Of a stretch of 64,000 bases of DNA, positions 1 through 14,117 are shown in pieces. Position numbers and translations under genes: made by a program. Each line of letters starts with the position of its first letter. Position 1 is the stretch's first letter. The stretch is from positions 78,554,001 through 78,618,000 of the forward strand of contig OX597815.1 of assembly GCA_951406725.2 (NCBI GenBank), given 5' to 3'. This DNA is from Octopus vulgaris (taxonomy: Eukaryota). The notes under the pieces are model-generated. The model saw nothing but the letters and a program-made list of their open reading frames with translations. It was not told where the DNA came from and ran no database searches.

Positions 1-152
1 CATACAAAGGTTTTCTTCTTAATATTCTTGAAGAATCGTCTAAGCAGTTTTTAAATTAATTTGACTTAAATAAATTCAATCTAAATTATATATCACAATT
101 ATGTAACTATTTGTCTGATAGTGCTTACCTTCGCGAGAAATGAAACAGCTAC

Positions 153-184
<32 letters not shown>

Positions 185-186
<2 letters not shown>

Positions 187-986
187 GACATGACAGAAGT
201 AAATCTGAAGTTATACATTCAAGTTATTTATTAATTATTATAATGTGAATATCTAATATTTAGTAGGCATGCCAATTGCATTTTTCAGTGCAAGGACTCT
301 ATTAGGCATGCTACTGATCAGATAACGAATATTCTCTTAACGAATTACATGCAATGTTTCATGTAGTAATCTCAAAAACAATCTGGATTTGAAGATTCTT
401 TCTTAATCTCTTTTTCAAAGTGTCCCTAAGGTGTTCAGTAGGATTCATATCTGGTGACTGGCTTGGCCATGGAAGCTTTCTAATGCCATTCTCTTCCAAC
501 CAATCTTGGGTCTCCAGACCCACACTCGACCATTGTCAGAAAATACAGCAAATCTGGACTCATCAGAGAATATGACTGTGTCCCAAAATGCTAGTGACTT
601 CTCCACCATCTAGCTGGCCCAATATTTTCTCCGCTTCATATTGGCTGCTTGAAGAAGTGGCTTCCTTCTTGGCTATAGTAGCCAAGTTTGTGAAGATATC
701 TGACCGGTGTTCTAGGACTGACATCAACATGTTTTGCTATGTCAGAGGCCTTTCAATGTTTTCTGCGATTTTACGTTGACTAAGTCCACCTTCAGATTCA
801 CCCACAATACGGCCTCTTTGAAATTCGTACAGTTCCAAGGCTTCTTTTGTACGTAGCATGATTAAACAGTCAAATATAGAACCTGAATCATAAAAATGTA
901 AATTAATAAAAAAAAATAAGCCATTTCAAGTTAAAATAAACAAAAACAATGTTTTATGGGGTGTCTATTTACTTCTGCCATGTCTG
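185..986 (-). mobile_element. Degenerate, internally deleted Tc1-family DNA transposon
   Basis: Imperfect TIRs TAGACATGACAGAAGTAAAT (185) and ATTTACTTCTGCCATGTCTG (967-986). Minus-strand remnants [24 protein letters not shown] and WPSQSPDMNPTEHL. Confidence 0.88.
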
Positions 987-2235
987 TGTGTATGTGTGCG
1001 TGCTTGTGCGTGTGTGTGTGTGTATATAAATGCATATATGCTTGTATATGTATATACATATACATACATATGTAGTGAAGCAATTATATAACTGTCGAAC
1101 CATTTTAACCATTTAAGAGCATACACACAAGCGCACGCGCACACACATTCTTTTTCTTTCAATCCATAAGGTGTCAGAAATTTTCATCCGATTTCATCAA
1201 TCTGGTCTTTGACACAATTCTACTGGAACTGTTGCGAATTGGTTTCTGACAAGTTTTAATAGGTCCCAAGAAGTTTTCCCTTCCTCGTCTTTCCTTTTAT
1301 ATTTTTGTTAAACCTTCAGACACAGACCTACGGCATAGTTATTAGTTGACCTTTTGACACGAGCCACTGTCAGTTGCTGTACGTTGTTTTGTTTGTCAAT
1401 AGACATGTTTCATTGCTGCAATTTTATTTTTTCTGCACTTTTGCCTTTCCTCCTTTATTTTGTCATGGTGGTTGCCTTTTTAACATATGGAGACGTCATG
1501 CGTAAATGTATACATAAAATATGTGAAATATATGCTCATAGTATAAAGCAATTGAAGTTAGATTCTTGGTAAGTTAATGTCTTCAACCTTATGGTAAAAC
1601 GAAAGTAAAGCAGATAAAATAGGGGAAATGGTGGTATGGAAACGTAGAAATACATGCTCAAACAGAAGAGCTTAACTTTAAAGTAACATACGAAGGCCCA
1701 TGCTATGCAGTAAGCATCTATCAGAAGGTTAAGATAATAGAAGTTTTTTTTTAAAGAAAGTAAAAAAGAAAAAGTAAAGATGCCAATAGCAACATGCCAG
1801 TAAATAATATTCAGCAATTGCAGCGGAATTGTGGAAATGAAAGTTGACACAAAAAAATATATGGAAAGTCAATATAACAGCTTTTGTGCGTTCTTATATC
1901 GCTAAACTAACTCTTCTATAAGGTGTGTGTGTGTGCGTGCGTGTGTGTGTATTTATTCAGACATAAATTCGAAGCTGTACATCGTCGAGGCATGCCAGTA
2001 AATGGTGTTTTACACTATTTGCATATAGTCATGAACTGGCGATTCAGTTCACTAAACAATTCGGTTCAGGTGTTTTAACATCCGGCGCTGAGAAAGAGCC
2101 ATTTCCACAGCGCCAAATTCCAGCCTACCGGTGAACAAGCAAAGTTCATACATGGTGTATGTGTGTGCGATATATATATAGAAATGAGATTCAGGGGACA
2201 AGGAGAAAACTGCCCGATGGGCAGTCATTCTGATA

Positions 2236-2250
2236 GTATGTATATATATG

Positions 2251-2281
<31 letters not shown>

Positions 2282-2499
2282 ATATATATGTGTGTACATA
2301 TATGTATATATATATTTATATTTTTATATATATGTATGGATATGATTATGTGTATGTATATATGTATGTATTTATTTATATGTATTTATATATATGTATG
2401 TATTCATATATATGCATGTTTGTATTTATATGTATATATGTATTTATATATATATGCATATGTATATATACATATATATATGTATTTATATATATATGC

Positions 2500-2567
<68 letters not shown>

Positions 2568-2675
2568 GTATATATATATGTATATATATGTGTATATATA
2601 TATGCATATATATATATGCATATATATGTATATATATATATATGTGTATATATATATATATATATTTGTATATAA

Positions 2676-2706
<31 letters not shown>

Positions 2707-2729
2707 AATATACGTATATATATATATGC

Positions 2730-2768
<39 letters not shown>
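2236..2768. repeat. Compound (TA)n/(TG)n/(GA)n microsatellite
   Basis: Direct inspection; explains the overlapping YI/CV ORFs. Confidence 0.97.
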
Positions 2769-2769
<1 letters not shown>

Positions 2770-3616
2770 AACATTGAGAACAATGAATGAAATGAACATG
2801 AAATAAAAGAATTGTATTGATAAAAGTGCATTACTACAGATGTATGCACCTCCGACTTTGTTGCCTCACAACAACCAGAAAAATGGATACGTTTTAATAA
2901 AATTTTCTACAAATACCGTTTAGGTATTATGGCTTTAGAGTATAATGGAATTTATAGGAAAGAACAGTGGCGAGGGTGTGGATAGAAGAGTTTCAGAAAA
3001 TCCACACAATCTGACATTTTCCCCTCATAACTTTCGAGATGTGTATTTTTTAATGAAAATTTATACAAATTTCTTTCAAACGGCACAGATTACGATTAAT
3101 AAGAAATCTGTGGAGAAAATATTTTCTGGGATTTTCTCCATTCTTTTTAAACCACAACCTTCGAAATGATAGGTTGGGGTGGGGGCATCTTTGTATGCAA
3201 AAAGCTTTGAAAACACTTTTTTGCACCACCTCCCTCATCCCACTCCGGACCTATTTTGGCCTTTTTTTTTCACTTCAAAACCATGTGAAGAGCACTTTAG
3301 GTATTTTTTTTTTAACTTGTTAATATTTTCAGAGAGAAAAGTGATTTAAGGGCGATTTCACTGTTGGTTTCTAGCACATCCAAAGACAACTCTCCTTATT
3401 TCTTTATGACACTCGCATGCATTGATATTTTTCAATATGTTTTCCCCATAAATACATTTATATGCTATAAAAAAGAAAATTCGAGAAATTATGAATTTTT
3501 TGCAACCCCATTCCCTGCCCCCGATTGTTACAGTTAAAAAATTGAAATATCGGAGAATCTGAGAAGGTCATTGCTGGCATTTATCCAGTGATTTTTAAAA
3601 ATTACGGAAATCTACT

Positions 3617-3787
3617 TGCATAACAAGTGACTTGATCTGAGATCGTCTGCTGAAACAAGTGCATAACAAGTGACTTGATCTGAGATCGTCTGCTGAAACA
3701 AATGCATAACAAGTGACTTGATCTGAGATCGTCTGCTGAAACAAGTGCATAACAAGTGACTTGATCTGAGATCGTCTGCTGAAACAA
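3617..3787. repeat. Tandem repeat, 4 x 43 bp (TGCATAACAAGTGACTTGATCTGAGATCGTCTGCTGAAACAAG)
   Basis: Units start at 3617, 3660, 3703 and 3746. Near-identical, with no spacers. Confidence 0.95.
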
Positions 3788-4031
3788 AAACAATTGCAGC
3801 GTGGAAGCTGTTTGTAAGCCATTCGAGAATACGCAAATACCGTTAGTTTCACTTCAACATTTGTGTCAAAATATTTTCATCGCTTGAGTAATCAAAATTA
3901 TAGAAAATTTCTTAGAACATGAATTTATTAAAAAAAATATTTCCAGGCGGTCAACCCTTTAAAAATTGCTTTCTTTTAGTACTTTTGGTAATTGTTACAT
4001 ACCTAATTAATAATCAGCTTTCTCCATTAAA

Positions 4032-4094
<63 letters not shown>

Positions 4095-4383
4095 CAATTG
4101 AGGATAAAATCTTTAAAAGAAATTATCAGTAGTCAGCGTGAAAAACCTCGTAAGAGAAAAAATCCGTAAATTCTTCCTCTTTGAAAATATTCATTTATAT
4201 TATATTGAGGGTACTACTATTCGTAGATACCAACACGCTAAGAGGGACCAATGTATATATATATATATACATTCATACATATATATACATACATATGTAT
4301 GTATATATATGAAGTATATATATGTGCATGTATATATATATATGCAAGTGTAGTGTATATAATACATATATATGAAGTATATA

Positions 4384-4464
<81 letters not shown>

Positions 4465-4571
4465 AACCTGGGACCTTGAAGACTGCTATCAATTCAATAA
4501 GACAATCAATACTTCATTTCAGTTTACTATATAAATACTTCATTTCATTTCATTTTACTACTTATACGATA

Positions 4572-4960
4572 CTAGCAGTATCGCCCGGCGTTGCTCAGGT
4601 TTGTAAGGGAAATAACTATAAAGCATTTTTAGAGAGTTATAGCCAAAAAATAGCAAAAAAATGGAAAAAAAATGATGGTAAATTTTTTTTTTTGAGATTT
4701 AAAAAAAGGTGGAGTTGCGTCCCCTAGACAGTTTATGGTTTGTGTTTCTGATTCTCGACCCCATGTCGAATTTATCGATTTTTTTCAGAACTGGGGGAAC
4801 TTTTCAAAATTTTCGCTGCGTTAGTTTTGAATTATGACATTGGGCTATGTGTGTGTCAAGTTTCATGAGAATCGGTTGAAAGCCGTGGTCAGAGTGAGGG
4901 TACGAGAAAACAGACACACAGAAACACGCACAGACAAACTGCCGTTTATATAGAGAGAGA
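4572..4960 (-). mobile_element. Non-autonomous Helitron-like element, copy 1
   Basis: Reverse complement is near-identical to 49464-49847. 5' TC, subterminal GC-rich hairpin, 3' CTAG, inserted between A and T. Confidence 0.82.
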
Positions 4961-5077
4961 TATTCTATATTCTACATTAACATTATAAAGAATATAAATA
5001 AAACATAAAAAGCAGAGTTGGAATTCCTTTGAATAGTATACATCCCTCTATACACATTTATACAAAACCCTTTTTAT

Positions 5078-5254
<177 letters not shown>

Positions 5255-5792
5255 TGTATAGTGTATAAATATATATAATATATATGTGTGGGTATATGTA
5301 ACAATATATAATATATAAAGTAATCTACACACATACTTCATACATACATAAATATATATACATATACACATACATGTGATACACACACACACACACGCAC
5401 ACACATATATATATATATACGCTCATGTATTTGAATGTTTGCACACATCCGCATATTTCTATCCCCATACACATGTGAATATGCATATATGCATACAAAG
5501 ATGTATATTTATATGTATATTAGTATGTGTGTGTGTGTGTGTGTATTAGCACACACATACATACACAGACGCATGCGCAAATACGCACACAAACTTACCC
5601 ACCCACTCCCACGTATATCAAGTGTGGAGTATGTCGGTAACAGTATATGTATCGACGTAAACGTCTACGTTGCGCTTGAGCCTGTGTGTGTGCGCTCGAC
5701 GGTACCTGCGTGCGTGTGTGACGGTACGTGCGTGTGTGTATGTGTGACGGTACGTGTGTGTGAGTGTGTGTGTGCGTGTGTGTGTGTGCGTG

Positions 5793-5851
<59 letters not shown>

Positions 5852-6530
5852 GCGTACAGAAGAAACTTCTGACGTCGGTTTTGCCTAAGTATGACTACCT
5901 GTCTGCTGCTTACCTGGCAAAAAAGCAAACATTTAACAACCAACGAAACAAATTGATATTCTCGTAAGAGTTGAATGCCTTGTAACGTCATAACACACCT
6001 ACACACATACATGCACACGCAAACATATGCACATACCCGTACGCAATTAAACACATAGGCACGCACATGCGATCGCGCTTTCCCGTACAAGTTCACGCCA
6101 TCACACCACACACTTACATGTAGATTTCCACACATCTTACGTACACACACGCACACACACACACAAACATACCAACAAGCACGCACACGTATACTAACAT
6201 AATGTGACGTACACACACGTACACGCGCACACACACACACACACATACACATACAGATACACCCTTTTACTTTCACCGTATATGTTCACGTCATCATACA
6301 CATACACACAAAGTCATGCACACACACAAACACACGCGTGCCCATACACTAATATGTCGTGAAATGCACTTATACATATACTTTCGAGGCGGTGCTACAG
6401 CATGGCCGCAATCAAGTGACTGAAACAAGTAAGAAATACAAGATAGTAAAAGTATTGTAGCACACATATAACTATATATTTATTATCAGACATACGCACT
6501 TTCAGTTTCACCCTATATGTTCACAATCAC

Positions 6531-6563
<33 letters not shown>

Positions 6564-6994
6564 TACATACATACAAGCACATAATTTCACGTTTACAAAC
6601 ACACACATAGATGCGTAATAACCTCAGCACTCATCTTCATTTTATATGTTCAAAGTAAAACACACACACACACACCTACACTAACACTCACACACACACT
6701 TCACTGTGTATGTTAACACAAACATATGCATACACACATACACGAGACATACATACATACATACATACATACATACATACATACATACATACCTATATTT
6801 TATACGTTACTATACATACTAATATACAGTACCAAACATGTTAACAGACATTCACAGCAACATGCATATAAACACACACACACACACACACACACATACA
6901 GGTACACATGGATGTACTAATACTGTCATATAGATACGCTCCACCGTATAATTCACGTCTATGTAAACACGTGCAGAACTGTACGCACATACAC

Positions 6995-7117
<123 letters not shown>

Positions 7118-7259
7118 TTCCAAAAGACGCATTTCACTAACAATACACACATAGAAATTCATATAACACTCACGCATTTATATAGCATTATATTAGCACA
7201 CATATATCATTATATTAACACACATATACACATATATCCATTACATTAACACACACACT

Positions 7260-7420
7260 AGCTGGACGAAATGCTTAGCAGTATTTCGCCCGTCGCTACA
7301 TTCTAGGTTCAAATTCCGCCGAGGTCGACTTTGCCTTTCATTCTTTCGGGGTCGATAAATTAAGTACCAGTGAAACACTGGGGTCGATGTAATTTCGGGC
7401 CTTGTGCCAATAAGTAAAAA
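7260..7420 (+). mobile_element. tRNA-derived SINE with a Meta-domain-like core (partial)
   Basis: GTTCAAATTCC B-box followed by GACTTTGCCTTTCAT.CTTTCGGGGTCGATAAATTAAGTACCAG. The same family recurs at about 35600-35820, 38040-38175, 40910-41250, 45130-45330 and 47200-47600. Confidence 0.8.
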
Positions 7421-7707
7421 AGATTATATCAGCACTCGTACATACATGCACACACGCAAACATATAATTTGTTGGTAATTGTCTCACACACACATAACCA
7501 AAGTTATTTATATATTAACGGGCACACACGCATAATACATAAATATATATTAACGAGCACGCACACACATACACAGGCATACAAAAACACACACATATAT
7601 GTAGTAATATTTATATATTCACACACACATACACACATGCACATATACAGGTATGCATAAAAACACTGACACATGCAAAAAAACTGTGGCAGACTAATAA
7701 ACTAAAT

Positions 7708-8108
7708 TATGTGTATGCATGGATGTATATATTTATGTATGTATGCATGTATGTATGTATGTATGTATGTATGTATGTATGTATGTATGTATGTATGTAT
7801 GTGTATGTATGTATGTATGTATGTATGTATGTATGTATGTATGCATGTGGTTATGTATGTATATATGTATGCATATTGTTATGTATGCATGTATGTATGA
7901 ATGTATGTATGTATGGAAGCATGTATGTACGTATGTATATATGCGTATACATATTTTTGTATGCATATATGAATGTACGTATGTACATATGTATTTATGC
8001 ATATATGAATTTATGCATGTATGTATGGACGCACGTATGTATGTATATACTAATACATGAATGTATGTTTGTATGAATGCATGTATGTACTTATGCATAT
8101 ACGTATGC

Positions 8109-8141
<33 letters not shown>

Positions 8142-8321
8142 TGTATGTATGTATGTATTTATGTATGTATGTATTCATACATGTATATATGTATGTAAAT
8201 ATACAGAGATATATGTATTGTAACAGTGCAATGGGGCTGTACACACATGCACGCATATTCATACATACACAAACATATATGCGTACATATATACATACAT
8301 ACGTACACACATACGTCCCAA

Positions 8322-8414
<93 letters not shown>
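7708..8414. repeat. Degenerate (TATG)n tract followed by (CA)n
   Basis: Direct inspection. Confidence 0.95.
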
Positions 8415-8418
<4 letters not shown>

Positions 8419-8766
8419 GCAGCAGTTGCCACCATCTTGCTCATCTCTGAGCCATCATTTATGGTAAAAACACAATTCGCCGACGGGACTAATTCTCAGA
8501 AAGCGTCTATGTGGTTGCCATGGAAACAAGACTCGCTGCTAATATGGCGAGGGCTTACAGGTGAGGTGCGCACGCGTGTGTACCTGCGTGTGTGTGAATA
8601 ATAGAGAGAGCGCTACATAACATAAATATGTATGTATTGACAGGTATGTATACATGGTTATATATATATATATATATATATACCACACACCAAAGTAAGA
8701 AGTCAGTTGTTCTGATTGCAGGATGCTGATAATTGAGAAGTGTGGGTTATGCATATTTGAGTGTGC

Positions 8767-8810
<44 letters not shown>

Positions 8811-9384
8811 TTGTGGGTATGTGTTTATATATGCATATGTACATAGACACACACACACACACACACGCACACACACACAGGCACACACACAGCATAGTGG
8901 GGAAATGAGTTTATTTGAATGATGGTAGCTGAGGAGCATGAGTTGTTGATGTATGCGTGTGTGTGTGTGCATGCATGTGTGTGCGTGCATATATGCGTCA
9001 GTGTGTATGCGCGCGCGTTTTGTGTGTAGATGTACTTATAAGTTTGCGTATATGATATGTGGTATCTGATCATGTATGTATATGTATGTGTATGAATTCT
9101 CGTGTTCGTGGTTTGTATATCTTACTGACAGCCATCACAGAAATGATGTACCCAAACTTTATATAGTCTTCTTTATTAAGCTTCATCTTCACCCACCCTG
9201 AAGGGACCCTGTTTCGCAGCCATTTCATTCGTTTACCTTAATGTGTGGGTCTGTATGAATATGTATGTATGTATGCATGTATGTATGTATGTATGTATGT
9301 ATGTATGTATGTATGTATGTATGTATGTATGTATGTATGTATATGATGTATGTATCGGTGTGTGTGTGTAGGAGGGCTAGCTTT

Positions 9385-9820
9385 CATCTTATACTTGTTT
9401 CAGTCATTAGACTATGGTCATGCTGGGGCACCGCCTTGAAAAGCTATAGTCGAATGAATCAAAGCCCAGTACTTATTTTTTTAGAAGCCTGGTACTAATT
9501 CTACCCGCTTCTTTTGCCGAACCGCTGTGTTACGGGTCGTAAATAAACCAACATCGTTTGTCAAGTTGTGATGCGGGACAAACTCAAACACAAAGGCGCG
9601 CACACACACACATATATATATATATGTATATATATATATACATATATATATACATATGTGTCTGAAGGGCTTCTTTCAGTTTCCATCTATCAAATCCAAT
9701 CACAAGCGTTTGGTCGACCCGAGGCTGCAGTGGAAGACACTAAACCAAGGTGCCATACAGTGGGACAGAACCCGGAACCATGTGGTCTGGAACCAGGCTT
9801 CCTACCACGCAGACACACCT
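9385..9820 (-). mobile_element. tRNA-derived SINE with internal microsatellite
   Basis: Same family as 37125-37520 (shared cttgtttcagtcatt.gact..ggtcatgctggggcaccgcc and cttctttcagtttcc.tcta.caaatcc). Confidence 0.8.
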
Positions 9821-9836
9821 GCGTATACTTAGATGC

Positions 9837-9884
<48 letters not shown>

Positions 9885-10204
9885 GAGAGAAACAGACAGA
9901 CAAAGGAGAAAGGTTGTTGTGACTGTTTAGCACCAAGTCAGATCTGATCGAGCTGACCTATGATCAAAGGTATTCCAGCTGTGACTATCCCATTTTTTCT
10001 TAGTGTGTTGCGTCTAGAACTATATAATCCATTAATACTGTTCTAGGGCGTGAGAAGTTCTATCTGTTAAAAACAGCACCAAAAGAAATTTACTCCCCAG
10101 CCTCTATATACACACTGATTAGGGTAGACAAATAAAATGGCAGAAAACCAGGCATCCTTTCATTGCGAGTATTTTCATCTTTTATTTGTTCCCGTCAATG
10201 GACT

Positions 10205-10523
10205 GTGGAGGCACATGGCCTAGTGGTTAGAGCAACGGACTCGCGGTTGAGGTAACGCGGGTTCGAATCTCAGTCCGGGCGATGTGTGTGTTTATGGGCG
10301 AAACACCTAAGTTCCACGCGGCTCCGGCAGAAGTTCTATCTGTTTACATCCTCGTTTACATCCAGCGAACTTCTGCTGACTCTTTCGCCACAACTTTTTT
10401 TCACTCTTTCCTCCTGCATCTTGCAGCTCACCTGCGACGGACCGGCGTCCCGTCCAGGTGGGGAACCTATACGCCAAGGAAACCGGCCCCTATGAGTCAG
10501 GCATGGCTCGAGAAGGAACAAAC
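10205..10523 (+). mobile_element. tRNA-derived SINE, head type A with a V-SINE-like tail
   Basis: A-box TGGCCTAGTGG and B-box GGTTCGAATC. The head is shared with the copies ending at 24964 and 26021. The tail contains CCTGCGACGGACCGGCGTCCCGTCCAGG. Confidence 0.82.
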
Positions 10524-11219
10524 ATCACATCACACTCAATGGACTACAGCCATGCTGGGGCACCGTCTCGAAGGCTTTAATCTAACAAATCGACCCCGGT
10601 ACTTATTTTTAGGTGTGCAACTTTTCCTTTTGATCGCTTTTGCCGACCCGCTTAGTTACGAGGATGTAAACAAACCGTCATCGGTGTCAAGTGGTGGTGG
10701 TGGCGGTGGTGGGCAAATACAAACACACACACATACACCTATATATATATACGACGAGATCCCACACAGTGTCCGTCCATTAAATTTATTAGCTAGGTTT
10801 TGCCCGGCCCGTGGCTATAGTAGAAAAAACTTACCCATGTTGCCGTTCGGGACGGTATTTCTGCTACAGACACACAGGCATCCTAGACCACCGCATCAAG
10901 AGAAAGGCCCCTTGCCCCCCTTACAGACACGCTCCAGCCTCTGTCTGATTTATGTATGCTACTCTCTGATCTTTTCCCTCTCCCTCCTTCCATCTCTTCT
11001 CCTCCTCTCTTCCTCTCTCCATCCTCTATATCTCTCTCTCTCCCTTTCTCACTCGCTCACTACTACAGTGGCCTTACTTTTCAGAGCTGACTGGTCTTGT
11101 GCCTCTGCCAATTGTGTAGTAAGGGTGAGGAGCAAAGACGGAGGTTATCCGTTTCGGACGACACTTCTATGGAGGCGGTATTTATAGGTTTTATGCATAA
11201 GCCTGTATTGGGGGTGGCA

Positions 11220-11590
11220 AACTCAAAGGCTTCTCCGAGCCACACATACTCTATCTACTCCACAGGCCACCTTCACTCAAACACGTCTCTCCTCCTCTCA
11301 TCACCCATGTTGTGGTCACGTACTCCTTCAGACACTGCACTAACCACTACGCTCAGTCCATCCTCCCCTGAACGTTGGCCCATTTGAAATCCCTCCTTGC
11401 ACAAGTCTTTCATGCAGTTGTCCTTTAGTAACAGTTTAAGCGGAACATTACCAGCATCAATCTCGCCCATCTCCGAGAGCATACGGAGGCCATACGCCTT
11501 GCTTCATCCTCCAGACCAAGCTCGTAAAAAGGATGGCTAAGCAACCTCGCAAAGAGTACCACGTTGGTGCCTGAGGGCAGAGAAGTATTT
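11220..11590 (+). mobile_element. LINE 3' fragment (CR1/Jockey-group RT C-terminus and 3' UTR), degenerate
   Basis: Frameshifted remnants HP..V...TNHYAQSILP...SLLAQVF..V...FKRNI resemble the RT tail consensus RT..Y..SFFPRT..LWNSLP..VF. Confidence 0.6.
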
Positions 11591-11647
11591 TGTTTATCTC
11601 CTTTTCTTATTTATTTATTTATATTTTTTATCTTTTCGTGTGTCTGT

Positions 11648-11960
11648 CATGTGGCTTAGTGGTTAGGGTATTTGGCTCATGATTGTAAAGCCGTGAGTTC
11701 GATTCCTGGAGGTGCAGTGTGTCCTTGAGCCAGACACTATTTCATGTTGCTCCAGTCCACTCAGCTGGCAAAAATGAGTTGTACATGTAATTGAAAGGGC
11801 CAGCCTTGTCACATTCTGTGTCCCGTTGAATCGCCTTGAGAATTACGTTATGGGTACATATGCCTGTGGAGTGCTCAGCCACTTGCACGTTAATTTCACG
11901 AGCAGGATGTCCCATTGATTGGATCAACTGGAACCTCGTCGTCGTAATCAACGGAGTGCT
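11648..11960 (+). mobile_element. tRNA-derived SINE, head type B, tail shared with the 24585-24964 copy
   Basis: A-box TGGCTTAGTGG and B-box GTTCGATTCC. 11779-11960 matches the reverse complement of 24585-24765. Confidence 0.8.
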
Positions 11961-13381
11961 AATTATGATTCATTACAGTGTGAAACAAACTGTTTTGCAG
12001 CCTTTATGTTCAACCCCACACATAGTCCACTTTGTCTTCCCACCGTCCTAGATACGAATGGAATTATGATAGAAAATAAAATATGTCTATATGTCTACGT
12101 GTTCTTTCTTTTTCCCTTTTTACTTCGCGCTCTCTCATTCTCACACATATATTCGAGGCAATGAAGGAGCCTCTACGTGGTAGACTGAACCGCTAGAAAT
12201 GACAGCCAAATCTCCTACAAATCATGCATATTGTCTTAAATAATGACGAATACATTTGACAGGGGTGTTTCAGATATGCAAAATCAGTAAATTAATAAAT
12301 TAAGAGACGACATAGTCATGACTAGAACACCTTTGACCACAGGTCCGTCTGCTCCATTCGGCACACCTGCAGTAAAACAACAATAAACGGAATGATTTAC
12401 TTGGATTTGTGTGTGTGTGTGTGTATGTGTGTGTGTGTATGTGTGTGTGTGTATTTATGTTTTTCTGTAAATAGGTGTTCCATAAGCATGTAACAGTTCA
12501 CTCTTCCTGAGATCGAACACAAAATTTTCTATGTGCAAATAGCAGCGTGAGCAACAATTCTACATCTGAGAACAAAATAACTCCATGTACTAAATCACCT
12601 ATGCGAACATGTAGACACGCCTTTCGACATTTATTCCAGTCAATGACATCTCGCTGCAGTTGTGGTAATTGTTGTCAAACATCAAAAAAATCTACTGCTA
12701 CTTGTTTGATATATGCACCAAAATGTATGTAAAACACCCTAAAAAGTGCTTATAACTAGCCTGCATTTTGACCCCCCTCGAGACATTGGCTTGTGTTGTG
12801 ACAGGAATTCACGATCAAAGGCATCATGGTTTTTAAGACAAATCTTACATGTTATGCCTTTCCGTTCTAACGCCCTTTTCTCACATTACTTGCTTATTTC
12901 TCTTACATATGTTTAGACAAAAATATTAACACAAACTAGATAAAGAACGAACGCACATCTCTCTGTAAATGAAATTACACAAACGTAACTGCATTTTAGA
13001 CCTTTATATTCTTTTACATATTTCAGTTATTGGATTGCAGCCATGCTAGGGTACCGCCTTGAAGGATTTAGTCGAACAAATCAATCCCAGTTCTTATTTT
13101 TTAATGGTTTGCACTTGTTCAATAGATATCTTATTTCGAACCCCTAAGTTACGCAGACGGAAACAAAATCAACACCTGTTGTCAAGCGGTGACTGGACAA
13201 ATACAAAGACACATACATAAATAATGTACACACACACATAACGCAGACTATCCACGCTTTCACTACAACCGTGTATTAAATATTTTCATGTTTACATACG
13301 CAAAGCACTTTCCACATTTACTACATATATACATATGCACGTGCATAAGCACGCATACACACACACCACACACACACACAC

Positions 13382-13436
<55 letters not shown>

Positions 13437-13808
13437 GAGAGAGTGAGAGAGATTGAGAAAGAGAGAGTGTTTTTGCATTATAATATTTTGAATGGAGTCA
13501 CACTGTCTATACGAGATGAATACGAAGTTGCTGCACAAAACGAGACATTATCAAAACATACTGGCGCCTCTTAAACTATCTAATTGCAAATTAATGGAAC
13601 CTGTGACTTTCTCGTTGATTGCACCATCGTTTCTTTCACAATTATCATTCGCTTTTGCAAATGTTTATATATATGCATTGCATTTATAATCTATGGTCAA
13701 TACGACCTGGAAAAAACAACTATAACCAGCAATATAGATGTCTTAAATTGCACAGCTAGTGCAACACTTGCAAGAGATTTGCACTCGTTGCACCGTGTCT
13801 TATTTCAC

Positions 13809-13843
<35 letters not shown>

Positions 13844-14060
13844 CAGAATAGTAGAATGCAAGGAAACTAATAGTAGTCTGTGTCGGCATGACTTGTATTC
13901 TTTTGAAAGATCGACAGAAAGAGTACAGTCTTATTTTACTTTCCTATCAACTTTATCTTGAAGACGGACTCTATCCGAAGCGTTGGATATTCTACTTCCT
14001 ACAGCAATTTCGCCGTAATTTTTCTGTCCTCTTTAACACACACACATACGCGCGCGCACG

Positions 14061-14117
<57 letters not shown>

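Noticed and set aside
3617-3787. 4 x 43 bp repeat as a CRISPR array
   Set aside because: Units are contiguous with no unique spacers, there are no cas genes, and the context is eukaryotic.
10282-11187. 301-aa ORF, the longest in the track
   Set aside because: It runs through two different SINEs and a CT-rich tract, starts inside a SINE and has no recognisable domain.
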